From Treponemataceae bacterium (lineage in GTDB: Bacteria > Spirochaetota > Spirochaetia > Treponematales > Rectinemataceae), in assembly GCA_963667725.2 (NCBI GenBank), contig CAXXHO010000003.1:128001-192000 (forward strand): a stretch of 64,000 nt of DNA, given 5' to 3'. The position numbers and the translations under genes are program-made. The notes under the pieces were generated by a model. It saw only the letters and a list, made by a program, of their open reading frames with translations, did no database searches and had not been told where the DNA came from. Below, piece after piece: positions 28,339-38,648 of this stretch (the stretch's first letter is position 1; each line of letters begins with the position of its first letter).

Positions 28339-30420
28339 GTGAAAAGAGTAGAATTACTTGCGCCAGCCGGTTCGCCGGAAGCGCTTAATGCGGCCCTCGG
28401 CGAGGGCGCGGACGCGGTGTACCTTGGCCTTCGCTCATTCAATGCCAGAATGCGCTCGGCAAACTTCGCCTTCAATCAGTTCGAGGCGAGCGTGCAGACC
28501 ATCCATGAGCATGGCAAAAAGGTATATGTAACAGTCAATACGGTCTTCGAGGAGAGGGAAACTGACCGAGTGTATCAGTTGCTTCAATTCCTCAACAGAC
28601 TCAAACCCGACGGCATAATCGTCCAGGACCTGGGCGTGCTCAAGATGGCGAGGGACAACTTCCCTTCGCTGGACCTCCATGCCTCCACGCAGATGAACGT
28701 GGCCTCCTCGCGCGGCTGTCACTTCCTCTCGCGTCAGGGCTTCAAGCGCGCTGTCCTCGCCAGGGAACTCACGCTCGAGGAAATCCGGACGGTCAGGCAG
28801 AGCACCCCTCTCGAGCTGGAAGTCTTCGTGCATGGCGCGCTCTGCGTTTCGGCGTCGGGCGTCTGCCTCTTTTCATCCTATCTGGGGGGGAAGAGCGCCA
28901 ACAGGGGGGCCTGCACCCAGGCCTGCAGGCGGCTCTACGAGTCCGAGACGAAGAAAGCCTTTTTCTTCTCGCCCGACGATCTTCAGCTCATTGATTATGT
29001 GCCTGACCTGATCGACATGGGCATAGACTCCTTCAAGATCGAAGGCAGGATGAAATCCGCCGAATATGTCGGCACCGTAGTCGCGGCCTACCGACACCTC
29101 ATCGACAACTGCCAGACCGATCGCGAAAGGGCCCTCGCCAAGGCCAAAGCCATGCTTCAGGCTGATTTCGCGCGCAGGAAGACTACGTTCTTCGTCGGCA
29201 GCGACAATCCCGACTTCATCCATCCCGACCAGGCCGGCGGAACCGGCATCCATCTCGGCAAGGTAAAGGACATAAGGGCTGTCGACGAGGAACATTGGGC
29301 TGTGATGAGCAGCTTCGACGGGCTCGCTGAAGGCGACTCCGTCCGAATCCACCGAGCCGACGATTCTGGCAGGATCACGGCCAAAATCAGGGGCGTGAGG
29401 AGCCAGGTAAACGGCATGCTTCTCAAGATCGACGGCGATTGGCGCCAGAATGACGATATCTACCTCATTCAGACCGCTTCGATGGCCAGAAGGTACAAGA
29501 ACGTCCTGCCCCATAGCCTGGACCGATACAGAGCCTTCCCCTCGAGGGATGAGGCTCCCCGGCCTCAGTTCGCCATGCCTCCGAAGAAAGACGCTTCCTC
29601 GCTTCCTGCCGGATATTACGCGCTGGTGGGCAAGGTAGCCGACCTGCACGCTGTGCTGGCCGCCGCGCCGCAGAAGGCCATGATCGTCTTCGACAAACTC
29701 AACGCCGAATCAATGCGCAAGAACGAATCCACCATTCCCTACAAGAGGGACAGGCTGGTCCTCTGGCTCGACCCTTATTACCCCGAGAGCGATGTGGCCT
29801 GGCTGGAGCCAGAACTCGACTATTGGATTTCCAAGGGCGTTCGCTATATCGTGGCCAATAACCTCGGCCACTTGGGCTATCTCCGCGGGAAAGACCTGGA
29901 TGTCATCGCTGGACCCTGGCTCTATGCCTTCAATCTTTGGGCAGCGGGATTCCTCTTCGACCAGGGCGTCCGCTACCTGATTCCGCCGATGGAAATCTCC
30001 AAACAGAATTTCATGCGAATCGCCGAGAGCATTCCGCCTTCGGCGATGATGCCCATCACCTTCTCCTATCCTCAGCTTTTCAGGATTAGAGGGGATCTCA
30101 GCGTGAAATACGACTCTTCCCACTTCATCGACAGGGACGGCGCTTCATATACGATGAACGGCCGCAGGGATTACACGGTCGTAGTGCCTGACAGGCCCTT
30201 CTCCATCATCGACAGGACAGCCTTCCTCCGAAAAGAGCATATCGACAAATTCATTCTCGATCTTTCGAACGCGAATCCCGCGCGCGGCATGTTCAGGGAT
30301 ATCGCGAAGGCAGCCGCCGAGGGCAAAGTTCTTCCCGACGCATCCCGCTTTAACTGGAAGGATGGGTTCTACAACGAGGATGAGACGCCGCAAGGCAAAT
30401 CGCCGCAGGAGAAAGCCTGA
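28339..30420 (+). CDS. U32 family protein (RlhA-like RNA hydroxylase / collagenase-like)
   Basis: ELLAPAG, GADAVYLG, HASTQ, EVFVHGALC..SG.C, NRGACTQACR, KIEGRMK. Confidence 0.88.
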   Translation: MKRVELLAPAGSPEALNAALGEGADAVYLGLRSFNARMRSANFAFNQFEASVQTIHEHGKKVYVTVNTVFEERETDRVYQLLQFLNRLKPDGIIVQDLGVLKMARDNFPSLDLHASTQMNVASSRGCHFLSRQGFKRAVLARELTLEEIRTVRQSTPLELEVFVHGALCVSASGVCLFSSYLGGKSANRGACTQACRRLYESETKKAFFFSPDDLQLIDYVPDLIDMGIDSFKIEGRMKSAEYVGTVVAAYRHLIDNCQTDRERALAKAKAMLQADFARRKTTFFVGSDNPDFIHPDQAGGTGIHLGKVKDIRAVDEEHWAVMSSFDGLAEGDSVRIHRADDSGRITAKIRGVRSQVNGMLLKIDGDWRQNDDIYLIQTASMARRYKNVLPHSLDRYRAFPSRDEAPRPQFAMPPKKDASSLPAGYYALVGKVADLHAVLAAAPQKAMIVFDKLNAESMRKNESTIPYKRDRLVLWLDPYYPESDVAWLEPELDYWISKGVRYIVANNLGHLGYLRGKDLDVIAGPWLYAFNLWAAGFLFDQGVRYLIPPMEISKQNFMRIAESIPPSAMMPITFSYPQLFRIRGDLSVKYDSSHFIDRDGASYTMNGRRDYTVVVPDRPFSIIDRTAFLRKEHIDKFILDLSNANPARGMFRDIAKAAAEGKVLPDASRFNWKDGFYNEDETPQGKSPQEKA

Positions 30421-30446
30421 TCGAGAATATCGGCATAAATTTCCGC

Positions 30447-30507
30447 TTGACGCCGATGCTACAGCGCTATATTCTTACTCAAATAATGAAACGCTGTTTT
30501 ATTATTT
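30447..30507 (+). promoter_or_regulatory. sigma70 promoter plus palindromic IclR/KdgR-like operator
   Basis: TTGACG-17-TATTCT followed by the inverted repeat AAATAATGAAAC-GCT-GTTTTATTATTT at the predicted start site. Confidence 0.75.
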
Positions 30508-30536
30508 GGTTTTGACTGAAAGGACGTACAAAGACC

Positions 30537-31337
30537 ATGAGTGAATCGGCTGGTAAAGCGCTGGACATTCTCTTCTACCTTGCCAAGGTCGGCGGGGAAG
30601 TGAGTCTCGCACGCATGTCGAAGGAAACGGGGATGAACAAGGCCACGGCCCTGCGCTACCTCTCCGTCCTGGAATCTCGCGGCGTCGTTGAAAGACGGCC
30701 TGGCGGCTGGTCGCTCGGTCTATCTCTCTTTGAATTAGGCAGCAAGGTTCCCGTAAGGGCTCTCGTCGTTGAAAAAGTCCGTCCCATCATCGAACGCCTG
30801 GCCAGGGAATCGGGCGAATCGGTCAATCTCGCCTGCCTTGCAGGCGACAGCGCCATCTATCTGGACAGAGCGGAAGCGAATCGCAGCCTCCGCATGCGTT
30901 CGGCTCCCGGGGATAGGCTGCCGCTCTATTGTACCGGCGTGGGCAAGGCGATATTGTCCCAGCTTTCCGAGGATCGTATCCGCGCCCTGCTGGGATCCAT
31001 GCCGCTTCCCAAGATCAACGATACGACCCTCACCGAACCCGAGGACGTAATACGGGAAGCGCAGAGAGCCCATGAGCAAGGCTATGGCGTGGACCGAGAG
31101 GAATATGAGATCGGACTTACCTGCTACGCGATGCCCCTTCGCCTGCCCGGCTCGGATTTCGCCGGAGCAGTAAGCATTTCCGGCCCATCGGCCCGCATGA
31201 GAAGCCCCGAATCCAGGGAGCACTTCCTGGAGCTGCTGAAAGCCGCGACCCAGGAAGCGCTTCAGGCGATAAGCCCCTACAATCTTGTTCAGAATACGAC
31301 AACCCTTGTGGAATCCTCCACCTCTTCGGCTTCCTGA
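30537..31337 (+). CDS. IclR family transcriptional regulator
   Basis: N-terminal HTH (KALDIL..GMNKATALRYL), PLYCTGVGKA, GYGVDREEY, AVSISGP. Confidence 0.93.
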   Translation: MSESAGKALDILFYLAKVGGEVSLARMSKETGMNKATALRYLSVLESRGVVERRPGGWSLGLSLFELGSKVPVRALVVEKVRPIIERLARESGESVNLACLAGDSAIYLDRAEANRSLRMRSAPGDRLPLYCTGVGKAILSQLSEDRIRALLGSMPLPKINDTTLTEPEDVIREAQRAHEQGYGVDREEYEIGLTCYAMPLRLPGSDFAGAVSISGPSARMRSPESREHFLELLKAATQEALQAISPYNLVQNTTTLVESSTSSAS

Positions 31338-31705
31338 GCCTGGGGAGGCATTGGCCCATCGTTTTTGTTCTCCGGCTTTATGGTTTTGAACTCCACGTGC
31401 TCGGCGACGATTTTGACCTTCGCCCGCTGTTTTCCCTCGGGATCCACCCAGCGATCCTGCTTCAGCCTGCCCACTACCCGCACGCCCCTGCCTTTCTTCA
31501 GATTCTGGGCGCAAGCCGTGCCGAGGCGGGACCAGGCTTCGATGTCGAAGTACGACACTTCCTTTTCGAATCCCTCCTCGCCGTTTTTATAGAAGCGATT
31601 GGTGGCGAGCGTGAAATCGCAGACCTGGCTGCCTGAAGGAAGCGTTTTCGTGTTCGGATCCTTGACGAGATTGCCTTCAACCAAAATGCTATTGAGTGAA
31701 TTCAT
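31289..31705 (-). CDS. ssb: Single-stranded DNA-binding protein
   Basis: LNSILVEGNLVKDP, EAWSRL, KKGRGVRVVGRLKQDRW; AAGGAGG RBS. Confidence 0.92.
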   Translation of the reverse strand: MNSLNSILVEGNLVKDPNTKTLPSGSQVCDFTLATNRFYKNGEEGFEKEVSYFDIEAWSRLGTACAQNLKKGRGVRVVGRLKQDRWVDPEGKQRAKVKIVAEHVEFKTIKPENKNDGPMPPQAQEAEEVEDSTRVVVF

Positions 31706-31848
31706 GAACCCTCCTTATTATCCTTGGAGCAAGACCGCACCGCGGCTGCGGTTGAACCCCCTTGCATAAATGAGACGTCCAAGGCCGCCGTTTTCGATTC
31801 AAGAATTCGAGTATTTGCAGTAATTCCCAATTCTGCTATAGTCAGGCA

Positions 31849-33246
31849 ATGACAGACTATTCCGGATATCTTTCACCCTTTTCCTGGCGCTACGGGACGG
31901 CCGAAATGCGTCGCCTCTGGAGCGAAGTGCACAAACGCGAACTCTGGCGCGGCATTTGGGTAAGCCTCGCGAAGGTGGAATCGGACTACGGGCTGACGAC
32001 AGCCGAGCAAGTGGCCGAACTGAAGACCCACGCGCGCGATATCGATATCGCGCGTTCCCTCGCGATAGAGGCTGAAATACGGCACGACCTCATGGCCGAA
32101 ATCAAAGCCTTCGCCGAACAATGCCCCAAAGCCGGCGGAGTCATCCATCTCGGGGCGACGTCGATGGATATCGAGGATAACGCGGATGCCCTGCGCATAC
32201 GCGAATCCCTTGTCCTCGTGCGCGCCAGGCTGGCCGAGCTTCTGTCGATAATGGCCGACACGATAAAGCGACACGCCAGATTGCCTGTCATGGCTTTTAC
32301 GCATCTCCAGCCGGCCGAGCCGACGACCTTCGGCTATCGCTGCGCCGTCTGGGCTCAGGACCTGCTCAGCGCCTATACCGACCTCACTGACCTTCAGGCT
32401 TCCATCAGAGGCAAAGGCTTCAAGGGCGCCGTGGGCACTTCGGCTTCGTATGGCGAACTTGTGGGCAAGAAAAACCTCCCCGCCTTCGAAGCTTCGCTCG
32501 AGAAAGAGCTGGGCATAGCTTTCTACCCAGTGACGACCCAGACATGCAGCAGGCTCCAGGAATACAAGACGCTCTCCGTGCTCGCTGAGCTGGGAGCCGC
32601 CCTCCACAAGATGGCCTTCGACCTCAGGGTTCTGCAGTCTCCCCCCATCGGTGAAGTGTCCGAGCCTTTCGCTAAAAGCCAGGTGGGCTCGTCGGCCATG
32701 CCCTTCAAGCGCAATCCCATCGATGCCGAAAAGATCGATTCCCTGTCGAGGCTTCTCTCCAGCTACCCCCAGGTAGCCTGGAGCAACGCTTCCCTTTCCC
32801 TGCTCGAAAGGACCTTGGACGATTCCGCGAACAGGCGGACGATCCTTCCCGAAGCCTTCCTCGTCAGCGACGAACTGCTGAAGACGGCCAAGAAGATCAT
32901 GGGCGGCTTCGTGCTCGACGGTGGCGCGATTCGGCGAACCTACGAACGCTACGCTCCCTTTGCCTGCACCGAACGGGTGCTCATGGCGATGGCGAAAACA
33001 GGGGCAGACCGACAGGAGACGCATGAGCGGCTGCGCCGCCACGCCCTCGCCGCGTGGGCCGAAATCAAGGAAGGGAAAGAAAATACCTTGACGGCGGCGA
33101 TTTCCGCCGATGAATTTTTTAAGAGCCAGCTGAACGAAGAAGAGCTTTCCTCACTGATGAATATAGATGAATATCTCGGCGATTCGATGGAAAGAGCCGA
33201 AAAATTCGCCGACACGATCAAAGAGAAGATAGCGGTACTTGACTAA
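31849..33246 (+). CDS. purB: Adenylosuccinate lyase
   Basis: RHDLMA, IHLGATS, FTHLQPAEPTT, GSSAMPFKRNP, ERTLDDSA. Confidence 0.95.
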   Translation: MTDYSGYLSPFSWRYGTAEMRRLWSEVHKRELWRGIWVSLAKVESDYGLTTAEQVAELKTHARDIDIARSLAIEAEIRHDLMAEIKAFAEQCPKAGGVIHLGATSMDIEDNADALRIRESLVLVRARLAELLSIMADTIKRHARLPVMAFTHLQPAEPTTFGYRCAVWAQDLLSAYTDLTDLQASIRGKGFKGAVGTSASYGELVGKKNLPAFEASLEKELGIAFYPVTTQTCSRLQEYKTLSVLAELGAALHKMAFDLRVLQSPPIGEVSEPFAKSQVGSSAMPFKRNPIDAEKIDSLSRLLSSYPQVAWSNASLSLLERTLDDSANRRTILPEAFLVSDELLKTAKKIMGGFVLDGGAIRRTYERYAPFACTERVLMAMAKTGADRQETHERLRRHALAAWAEIKEGKENTLTAAISADEFFKSQLNEEELSSLMNIDEYLGDSMERAEKFADTIKEKIAVLD

Positions 33247-33273
33247 ATTTTACCCCCGATGGTATCAATTTCT

Positions 33274-36200
33274 ATGGGTAATCAATTTCCAGTTTATCGC
33301 TTTACGATACGAGAATTGCATCCGGGGGCTCGATCCTCGGCTGTGATAGTGCGCGGTGCGCAACGGTTGGGCCTACAAAAGGTCAGCGCCGTACTGCGCT
33401 CGGAAATTTACTTTGTGCGCGGGAAAATAGCGCCCGAGGAGCTCGATCTCCTCGGGCGTTTTCTTTTTTCAGACCCCGTCACCCAGGAATTCCATGTGGA
33501 AACCTGCCCGGTTTCCGCAGGCGACGCAAAAAACGCGATCGAGGTCGCCTACCATCCAGGCGTGACCGATCCCGTAGCCGACGAGATCCTGCGCTCGGCG
33601 CGCGAATTGGGCGTTTCGGGCATCGATGCCGCTTCCACGGGGCAGCGTTTCGAGATCGCCTGTACCGACAGCGGCGCGCTGAATGAGGCGGAGCTGGGGC
33701 TTCTGGCATCGAAGCTCCTCGCCAATCCCGTGGTGCAGCGCTACGCCATAGGCTTTGTGGAACCATCCTTCCCCGGTTTGGACGAAACGAGAATCGCCGT
33801 CGAAAAGATCCCCGTGCATATGCTTGACGACGATGGGCTCGCGGTCCTCAATGAGGAACGTCGGGCCGCTCTCGATTTCGGGGAACTCGCGGCCATCCGC
33901 GATTACTTCGCCGCCGAGGGAAGAGCCTGTACCGATGTCGAATTCGAGATGCTCGCCCAGACCTGGAGCGAACACTGCTTCCATAAAACCTTCAAGGCTA
34001 TCATCGACATCAAGAACGGCGAAAAAGCCGGCCTTCCCGAACGGGTGGACAATATACTTCGTTCCTATATAAAGGCCGCCACCGATGAGATCGCCGCTCC
34101 CTGGATCGTTTCCGCGTTCAAGGACAACGCTGGCATCATGGAATTCGACGACGAGCACGATATCTCCTTCAAGGTCGAAACTCATAACCACCCCTCAGCC
34201 ATAGAACCCTTCGGCGGCGCGAACACGGGAGTCGGCGGCGTCATCCGTGACGTCGTGGCCGTGTCGGCCAGGCCCATCGCGGTCACCGACGTGCTCTGTT
34301 TCGGAATGCCCGACCTGGGCAAGGGGAAGGGCAGGGGCGAACCTGTCGCCTGCGGCCCGGCCGCGGGCGGCCTTTCGGTCGACCATATCCGGACCGGGGT
34401 CGTGGCCGGCGTCCAGGACTACGGCAATAAAATGGGCATTCCGACGGTGAACGGCGGAATCCATTATCACGCGAAATACGCCGCCAATCCCCTCGTCTAC
34501 TGTGGCTGCGCCGGCATAGCGCCCAAAGGCGCCTTCTTCTCCAAACCCCGCGTGGGCGACAGGATAGTATCACTCGGCGGCAGGACGGGACGCGACGGCA
34601 TCCGCGGCGCCACCTTCTCATCGATGACGATGGACGGCGCTACGCTCGACACGGCGGGATCCTCGGTACAAATAGGCGCGCCGATCGTCGAGAAGAAAGT
34701 CACCGAAATCATACTGGCCGCGCGCGACGCCGGACTCTATACGGGCATCACCGATTGCGGCGCGGGCGGTCTCTCCTCGGCCGTCGGCGAGATGGCTTCG
34801 GAACTGGGCGGCGACATAGAACTTTCGGAAGTCCGGCTCAAGTATTCCGGTCTCGCTCCCTGGGAAATCTGGCTCTCCGAAGCGCAGGAGAGGATGGTGA
34901 TCGCCGTTCCTCCGGAAAACATGAAGGCGCTCGCCGCCCTATGCGACAACAACGATGTGGAATACTGCGACCTGGGACATTTTACCGGCGACGGGCGGCT
35001 TGTCGTGCATTACCGAGGCGAGCCGATCCTCGACCTGGACTGCGAATTTCTGCACGGCGGCATGCCGCGAAGGCATCTGATCACGTCGGCGCCAAAAGTA
35101 CCAGCGTCAAAAGCGCCCGCGTTAAAAGTACCGGCGCCAACGGGAATTTCCTCCTCCAGTCATCCGCTCGAAACGCTTTACGCGGAAGTGATGTCCCACC
35201 ATGCCATAGCCTCCAAGGAATGGGCGATCAGGCGGTACGACCATGAGGTGCAGGGCGGGACGAAGATCGGTCCCTTCGCTGGAGCGACGCAATCGGGCCC
35301 CGCCGACGCCGCCGTCATTAAGCCCCTTGAGACGAAAGGAAGAAAAGGCATCGCTATTTCCAACGGCTTCAATCCGCGCTACGGGGAAGCTGATTCGTAT
35401 AACGCGGCCGCGTCCGCCATCGACGAGGCGGTGAGAAACGCCGTGGCGTCGGGCGCCGATCCCGACAGGATCGCCATCGTGGATAATTTCTGCTGGGGCG
35501 ATCCGCTGAAGCCGGAGAACGTCTGGACCCTCCTTCGAGCCGCCAAGGCCTGCCGCGATGTCTCGGTCGCTCACAGGGCGCCCTTCTTCTGCGGCAAGGA
35601 TTCCTTCAACAATGAATTCGAAGGACCCGATGGATCGCGCATCGCCATCCCTCCCTCCCTCCTCATTTCCGCGATGGGAATCGTGCCGGATATCGCGCGC
35701 TCGCCCACCACGGACCTGAAATCCGAATCCGGAATTCTCTACCTGGTCGGCGAATTTTCGCCTGTATTCCCTGCCTCCGTGCTCCAGGACATCCTGTCCG
35801 GGCAGGAAGGGCAAGACGAGGCCCTATCGGGCGAGATGAACTACGGCGGCCCAGGCCCCGCTTTTTCCGGCATATCACCCAACGTTTACAGGAAACTTCA
35901 TTCGGCGATCCTGAAATCCCAGGTGCTTTCCTGCCACGATCTCTCCGAAGGCGGATTGGGCGCGGCGCTCGCCGAAATGTGCATAGGCGGCGAACTGGGT
36001 GCCGATATCGACCTTAAGGCCGCGGAGAAAGCGGCCTTCGCCCTGGCGGCAAGCGGCGAACCGAGGAACTGGCCGCATCCCGCCACGGGAAAGGACGAGC
36101 TCCTTCTCTTCGGGGAAACGAACGGCTGCTTCCTCGCGGAAATAGCGCCGGAGAATACGACGGATTTCGAGGCGTCGATGGCCGGTCTGCCCTGCCGTCC

Positions 36201-36369
36201 AATCGGCCGCGTTTCCCGCGAATCCCGGATCTCGATAGCCCTCCTCGGCGGGAACGCGCTATCGGTGGGAATCTCCCGGCTCGAAAAAGCCTTCGCGAGC
36301 GAGACATCGGCCGCTCTGGGAGATCAGCGGTGCGACGATGCCGAAACCGAAATCGGAGGCGGAAAATGA
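33274..36369 (+). CDS. purL: FGAM synthetase PurL with fused N-terminal PurS-like domains
   Basis: PGVTDP, AQTWSEHC.HK, KVETHNHPSAIEPFGGA, DCGAGG, SEAQERM, YDHEVQG, HDLSEGG; start 33274 or 33259. Confidence 0.94.
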   Translation: MGNQFPVYRFTIRELHPGARSSAVIVRGAQRLGLQKVSAVLRSEIYFVRGKIAPEELDLLGRFLFSDPVTQEFHVETCPVSAGDAKNAIEVAYHPGVTDPVADEILRSARELGVSGIDAASTGQRFEIACTDSGALNEAELGLLASKLLANPVVQRYAIGFVEPSFPGLDETRIAVEKIPVHMLDDDGLAVLNEERRAALDFGELAAIRDYFAAEGRACTDVEFEMLAQTWSEHCFHKTFKAIIDIKNGEKAGLPERVDNILRSYIKAATDEIAAPWIVSAFKDNAGIMEFDDEHDISFKVETHNHPSAIEPFGGANTGVGGVIRDVVAVSARPIAVTDVLCFGMPDLGKGKGRGEPVACGPAAGGLSVDHIRTGVVAGVQDYGNKMGIPTVNGGIHYHAKYAANPLVYCGCAGIAPKGAFFSKPRVGDRIVSLGGRTGRDGIRGATFSSMTMDGATLDTAGSSVQIGAPIVEKKVTEIILAARDAGLYTGITDCGAGGLSSAVGEMASELGGDIELSEVRLKYSGLAPWEIWLSEAQERMVIAVPPENMKALAALCDNNDVEYCDLGHFTGDGRLVVHYRGEPILDLDCEFLHGGMPRRHLITSAPKVPASKAPALKVPAPTGISSSSHPLETLYAEVMSHHAIASKEWAIRRYDHEVQGGTKIGPFAGATQSGPADAAVIKPLETKGRKGIAISNGFNPRYGEADSYNAAASAIDEAVRNAVASGADPDRIAIVDNFCWGDPLKPENVWTLLRAAKACRDVSVAHRAPFFCGKDSFNNEFEGPDGSRIAIPPSLLISAMGIVPDIARSPTTDLKSESGILYLVGEFSPVFPASVLQDILSGQEGQDEALSGEMNYGGPGPAFSGISPNVYRKLHSAILKSQVLSCHDLSEGGLGAALAEMCIGGELGADIDLKAAEKAAFALAASGEPRNWPHPATGKDELLLFGETNGCFLAEIAPENTTDFEASMAGLPCRPIGRVSRESRISIALLGGNALSVGISRLEKAFASETSAALGDQRCDDAETEIGGGK

Positions 36370-37157
36370 AACCCAAGGCAATAGTCCTACATGCCGCCGG
36401 GATCAACAGGGATACGGACGCGGCCTACGCGCTGGAGATGGCCGGCGCCGAAGTCAGGATCGTCCATGTCAACGAACTCAAGGCCGACAGAAGCATTCTC
36501 TCCGAAAGCCGGATTCTCGTGATCCCGGGCGGATTTTCCTATGCCGACGCTCTCGGCGCGGGCCGGCTCTTCGCCTTGGACATAGCCTCCTTTTTCAGGG
36601 ACGAAGTGAGCGAATTCGTCGGAAAAGGCAAAGCGGTGATAGGCATCTGCAACGGCTTCCAGACCCTCGTCAAGGCCGGAATACTGCCTGGCTTGGAAGT
36701 TATTCCTTCGGACAGGGAAGAGCGTTATGCGACGCTGACCGACAACCTCAATCGCCGCTTTGAATGCAGATGGGTTACGATGAAAGCCGAGGAGAGCCCC
36801 TGCATCTGGACCAAGGGTCTGACGGCGCCGGTCGTATGTCCCATCGCCCACGGAGAGGGAAGGTTCCTCGTGAAAGACGAGGTTCATCTCGAGGCTCTGC
36901 TGGCGAAAAAACTCGTCGCGTTCTCTTACGCGCTCCCGGACGGCTCGCCCGCCGCCGGCAGATACCCGGACAACCCCAACGACTCCGTGGCCGACATCGC
37001 CGGCATCTGCAATCCCGAAGGAAACGTCCTGGGTCTCATGCCGCACCCCGAGGACAATATTTTTTCCGGTCCCGGTGCAAGGGCTTACCGCGGAGGAAAG
37101 GCCGGCGGCGGCCTCGATCTCTTTATCAATGGCGTGCGTTATGCGAAACAGTTATGA
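36366..37157 (+). CDS. purQ: FGAM synthetase glutaminase subunit
   Basis: PGGFSYAD, GICNGFQ, AHGEG, LMPHPE. Confidence 0.95.
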   Translation: MKPKAIVLHAAGINRDTDAAYALEMAGAEVRIVHVNELKADRSILSESRILVIPGGFSYADALGAGRLFALDIASFFRDEVSEFVGKGKAVIGICNGFQTLVKAGILPGLEVIPSDREERYATLTDNLNRRFECRWVTMKAEESPCIWTKGLTAPVVCPIAHGEGRFLVKDEVHLEALLAKKLVAFSYALPDGSPAAGRYPDNPNDSVADIAGICNPEGNVLGLMPHPEDNIFSGPGARAYRGGKAGGGLDLFINGVRYAKQL

Positions 37158-37167
37158 GGAGCGATAT

Positions 37168-38142
37168 ATGATGGAACGCGACAGAATCCAGGCTATGCTC
37201 CCCAAGGCTTTCATGGGCCTGGGCGAAGGAAAGAGAGAGAAACATTCGGGAAAAGTGAGGGACTGGTACGCGCTGGACGATTCCAGCCGCCTCATGGTGA
37301 CGACGGACAGGCTTTCGGCCTTCGACAGGATCGTCGCGGCCGTGCCCTGGAAGGGCCAGGTCCTCAACGAGCTTTCGGCCTGGTGGAACGAGAAGACGGC
37401 AGATATAGCGCCTAACCACCTTCTCGCCGTTCCCGATCCCAACGTTTCCATAGTCCGCGAAGCTTCCCCTCTCTCGGTCGAAGTGATCGTGCGCGGCTAT
37501 ATAACCGGCGTCACCTCCACGGCCCTCTGGCGCCGCTATTCCGAGGGCGAGAGGAATATCTACGGATACGGTTTTCCCGAAGGCCTGCGAAAGAACCAGC
37601 GTCTCCCTTCGCCGATAATTACGCCCACGACAAAAGCTGAGGCGGGGCAGCACGATGAGCGACTTACCATCAAAGAAGTGGTTGAAAAAGGCTTCGTCAA
37701 AGCTAAAACCTGGGATCGCGTAATGGATATCGCCCTCGCTCTCTTCGCCAGGGGAACGGAGGTCGCCGAAAAAGCGGGGCTCATCCTCGTCGACACGAAA
37801 TACGAATTCGGTCTCGACGCCGACGGGAAAGTGATGCTCATCGATGAAATCCATACGCCTGACTCCTCACGTTATTGGCGCCTCGGCAGTTACGCGGCGC
37901 GTTTGGCCGAAGGCCGCGAGCCTGAAATTTTCGACAAGGAATTCGTGCGTATGCACTACGCGGAAACTGGGTATAGGGGCGACGGGAAAATTCCCAACCT
38001 GCCCGACGGCGTATGGGCCGACACCGGCATTCTGTACCAGACGGCCTACGAACTCCTTACCGGCCGGAGCTTCGCCCCCGGCTCGTATCCCGTGGAACCC
38101 AGGCTTCTGGCGAATCTCGAAAAAGCGGGGATAACTCTATGA
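37168..38142 (+). CDS. purC: SAICAR synthetase (ADE1-like long type)
   Basis: GKVRDWY, TDRLSAFD, KGQVLN, DTKYEFG, DEIHTPDSSRYW. Confidence 0.95.
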   Translation: MMERDRIQAMLPKAFMGLGEGKREKHSGKVRDWYALDDSSRLMVTTDRLSAFDRIVAAVPWKGQVLNELSAWWNEKTADIAPNHLLAVPDPNVSIVREASPLSVEVIVRGYITGVTSTALWRRYSEGERNIYGYGFPEGLRKNQRLPSPIITPTTKAEAGQHDERLTIKEVVEKGFVKAKTWDRVMDIALALFARGTEVAEKAGLILVDTKYEFGLDADGKVMLIDEIHTPDSSRYWRLGSYAARLAEGREPEIFDKEFVRMHYAETGYRGDGKIPNLPDGVWADTGILYQTAYELLTGRSFAPGSYPVEPRLLANLEKAGITL

Positions 38143-38648
38143 AGAAAAATCTCGCCGTCATCCTGATGGGCGCCATGTCCGACTACGGCCATGCGGAGCG
38201 CATAATAGAATGGCTGGATTATTTCGGCATCGAGCACGTGACGAGAATAGCCTCGGCCCACAAGACGCCCGAAAAATTATTGAATATTCTCGAGGCGCAG
38301 GAAAAGAAGGGCGACAATGTCGCCTATATCACGATCGCCGGATTGTCCAACGCGCTTTCGGGGATGGTCGATTTCGCGACCGCGTTTCCCGTAATAGCCT
38401 GTCCTCCTCCCTGCGACGCGTTCGGCGGAGCCGACGTTTTCTCTTCCCTGCGCATGCCTCCCGGCGTCGCGGCGGCCACGGTTCTGGAACCGCGCAACGC
38501 GGCATTTTTCGTGGCTAAGCTTTTCGCCGCCGATGATGATGCAATAAAGGCCAAGATATACGCGTATCATACCGAACAGCGCGAAAAGATCGATAGCGAC
38601 GAACTCTCCTTGAGCGAAGATTCGGAAAGGAAGGACGCGGCACGATGA
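38139..38648 (+). CDS. purE: AIR carboxylase (class II PurE)
   Basis: ILMGAMSD, SAHKTP, AGLSNALSG (lacks the class I AAHLPG His), PVIACPP, SSLRMP. Confidence 0.92.
   Translation: MKKNLAVILMGAMSDYGHAERIIEWLDYFGIEHVTRIASAHKTPEKLLNILEAQEKKGDNVAYITIAGLSNALSGMVDFATAFPVIACPPPCDAFGGADVFSSLRMPPGVAAATVLEPRNAAFFVAKLFAADDDAIKAKIYAYHTEQREKIDSDELSLSEDSERKDAAR

Noticed and set aside
31706..31848. Purine, ZTP or PRPP riboswitch before purB
   Set aside because: No consensus, and purB appears leaderless, leaving no room for one.
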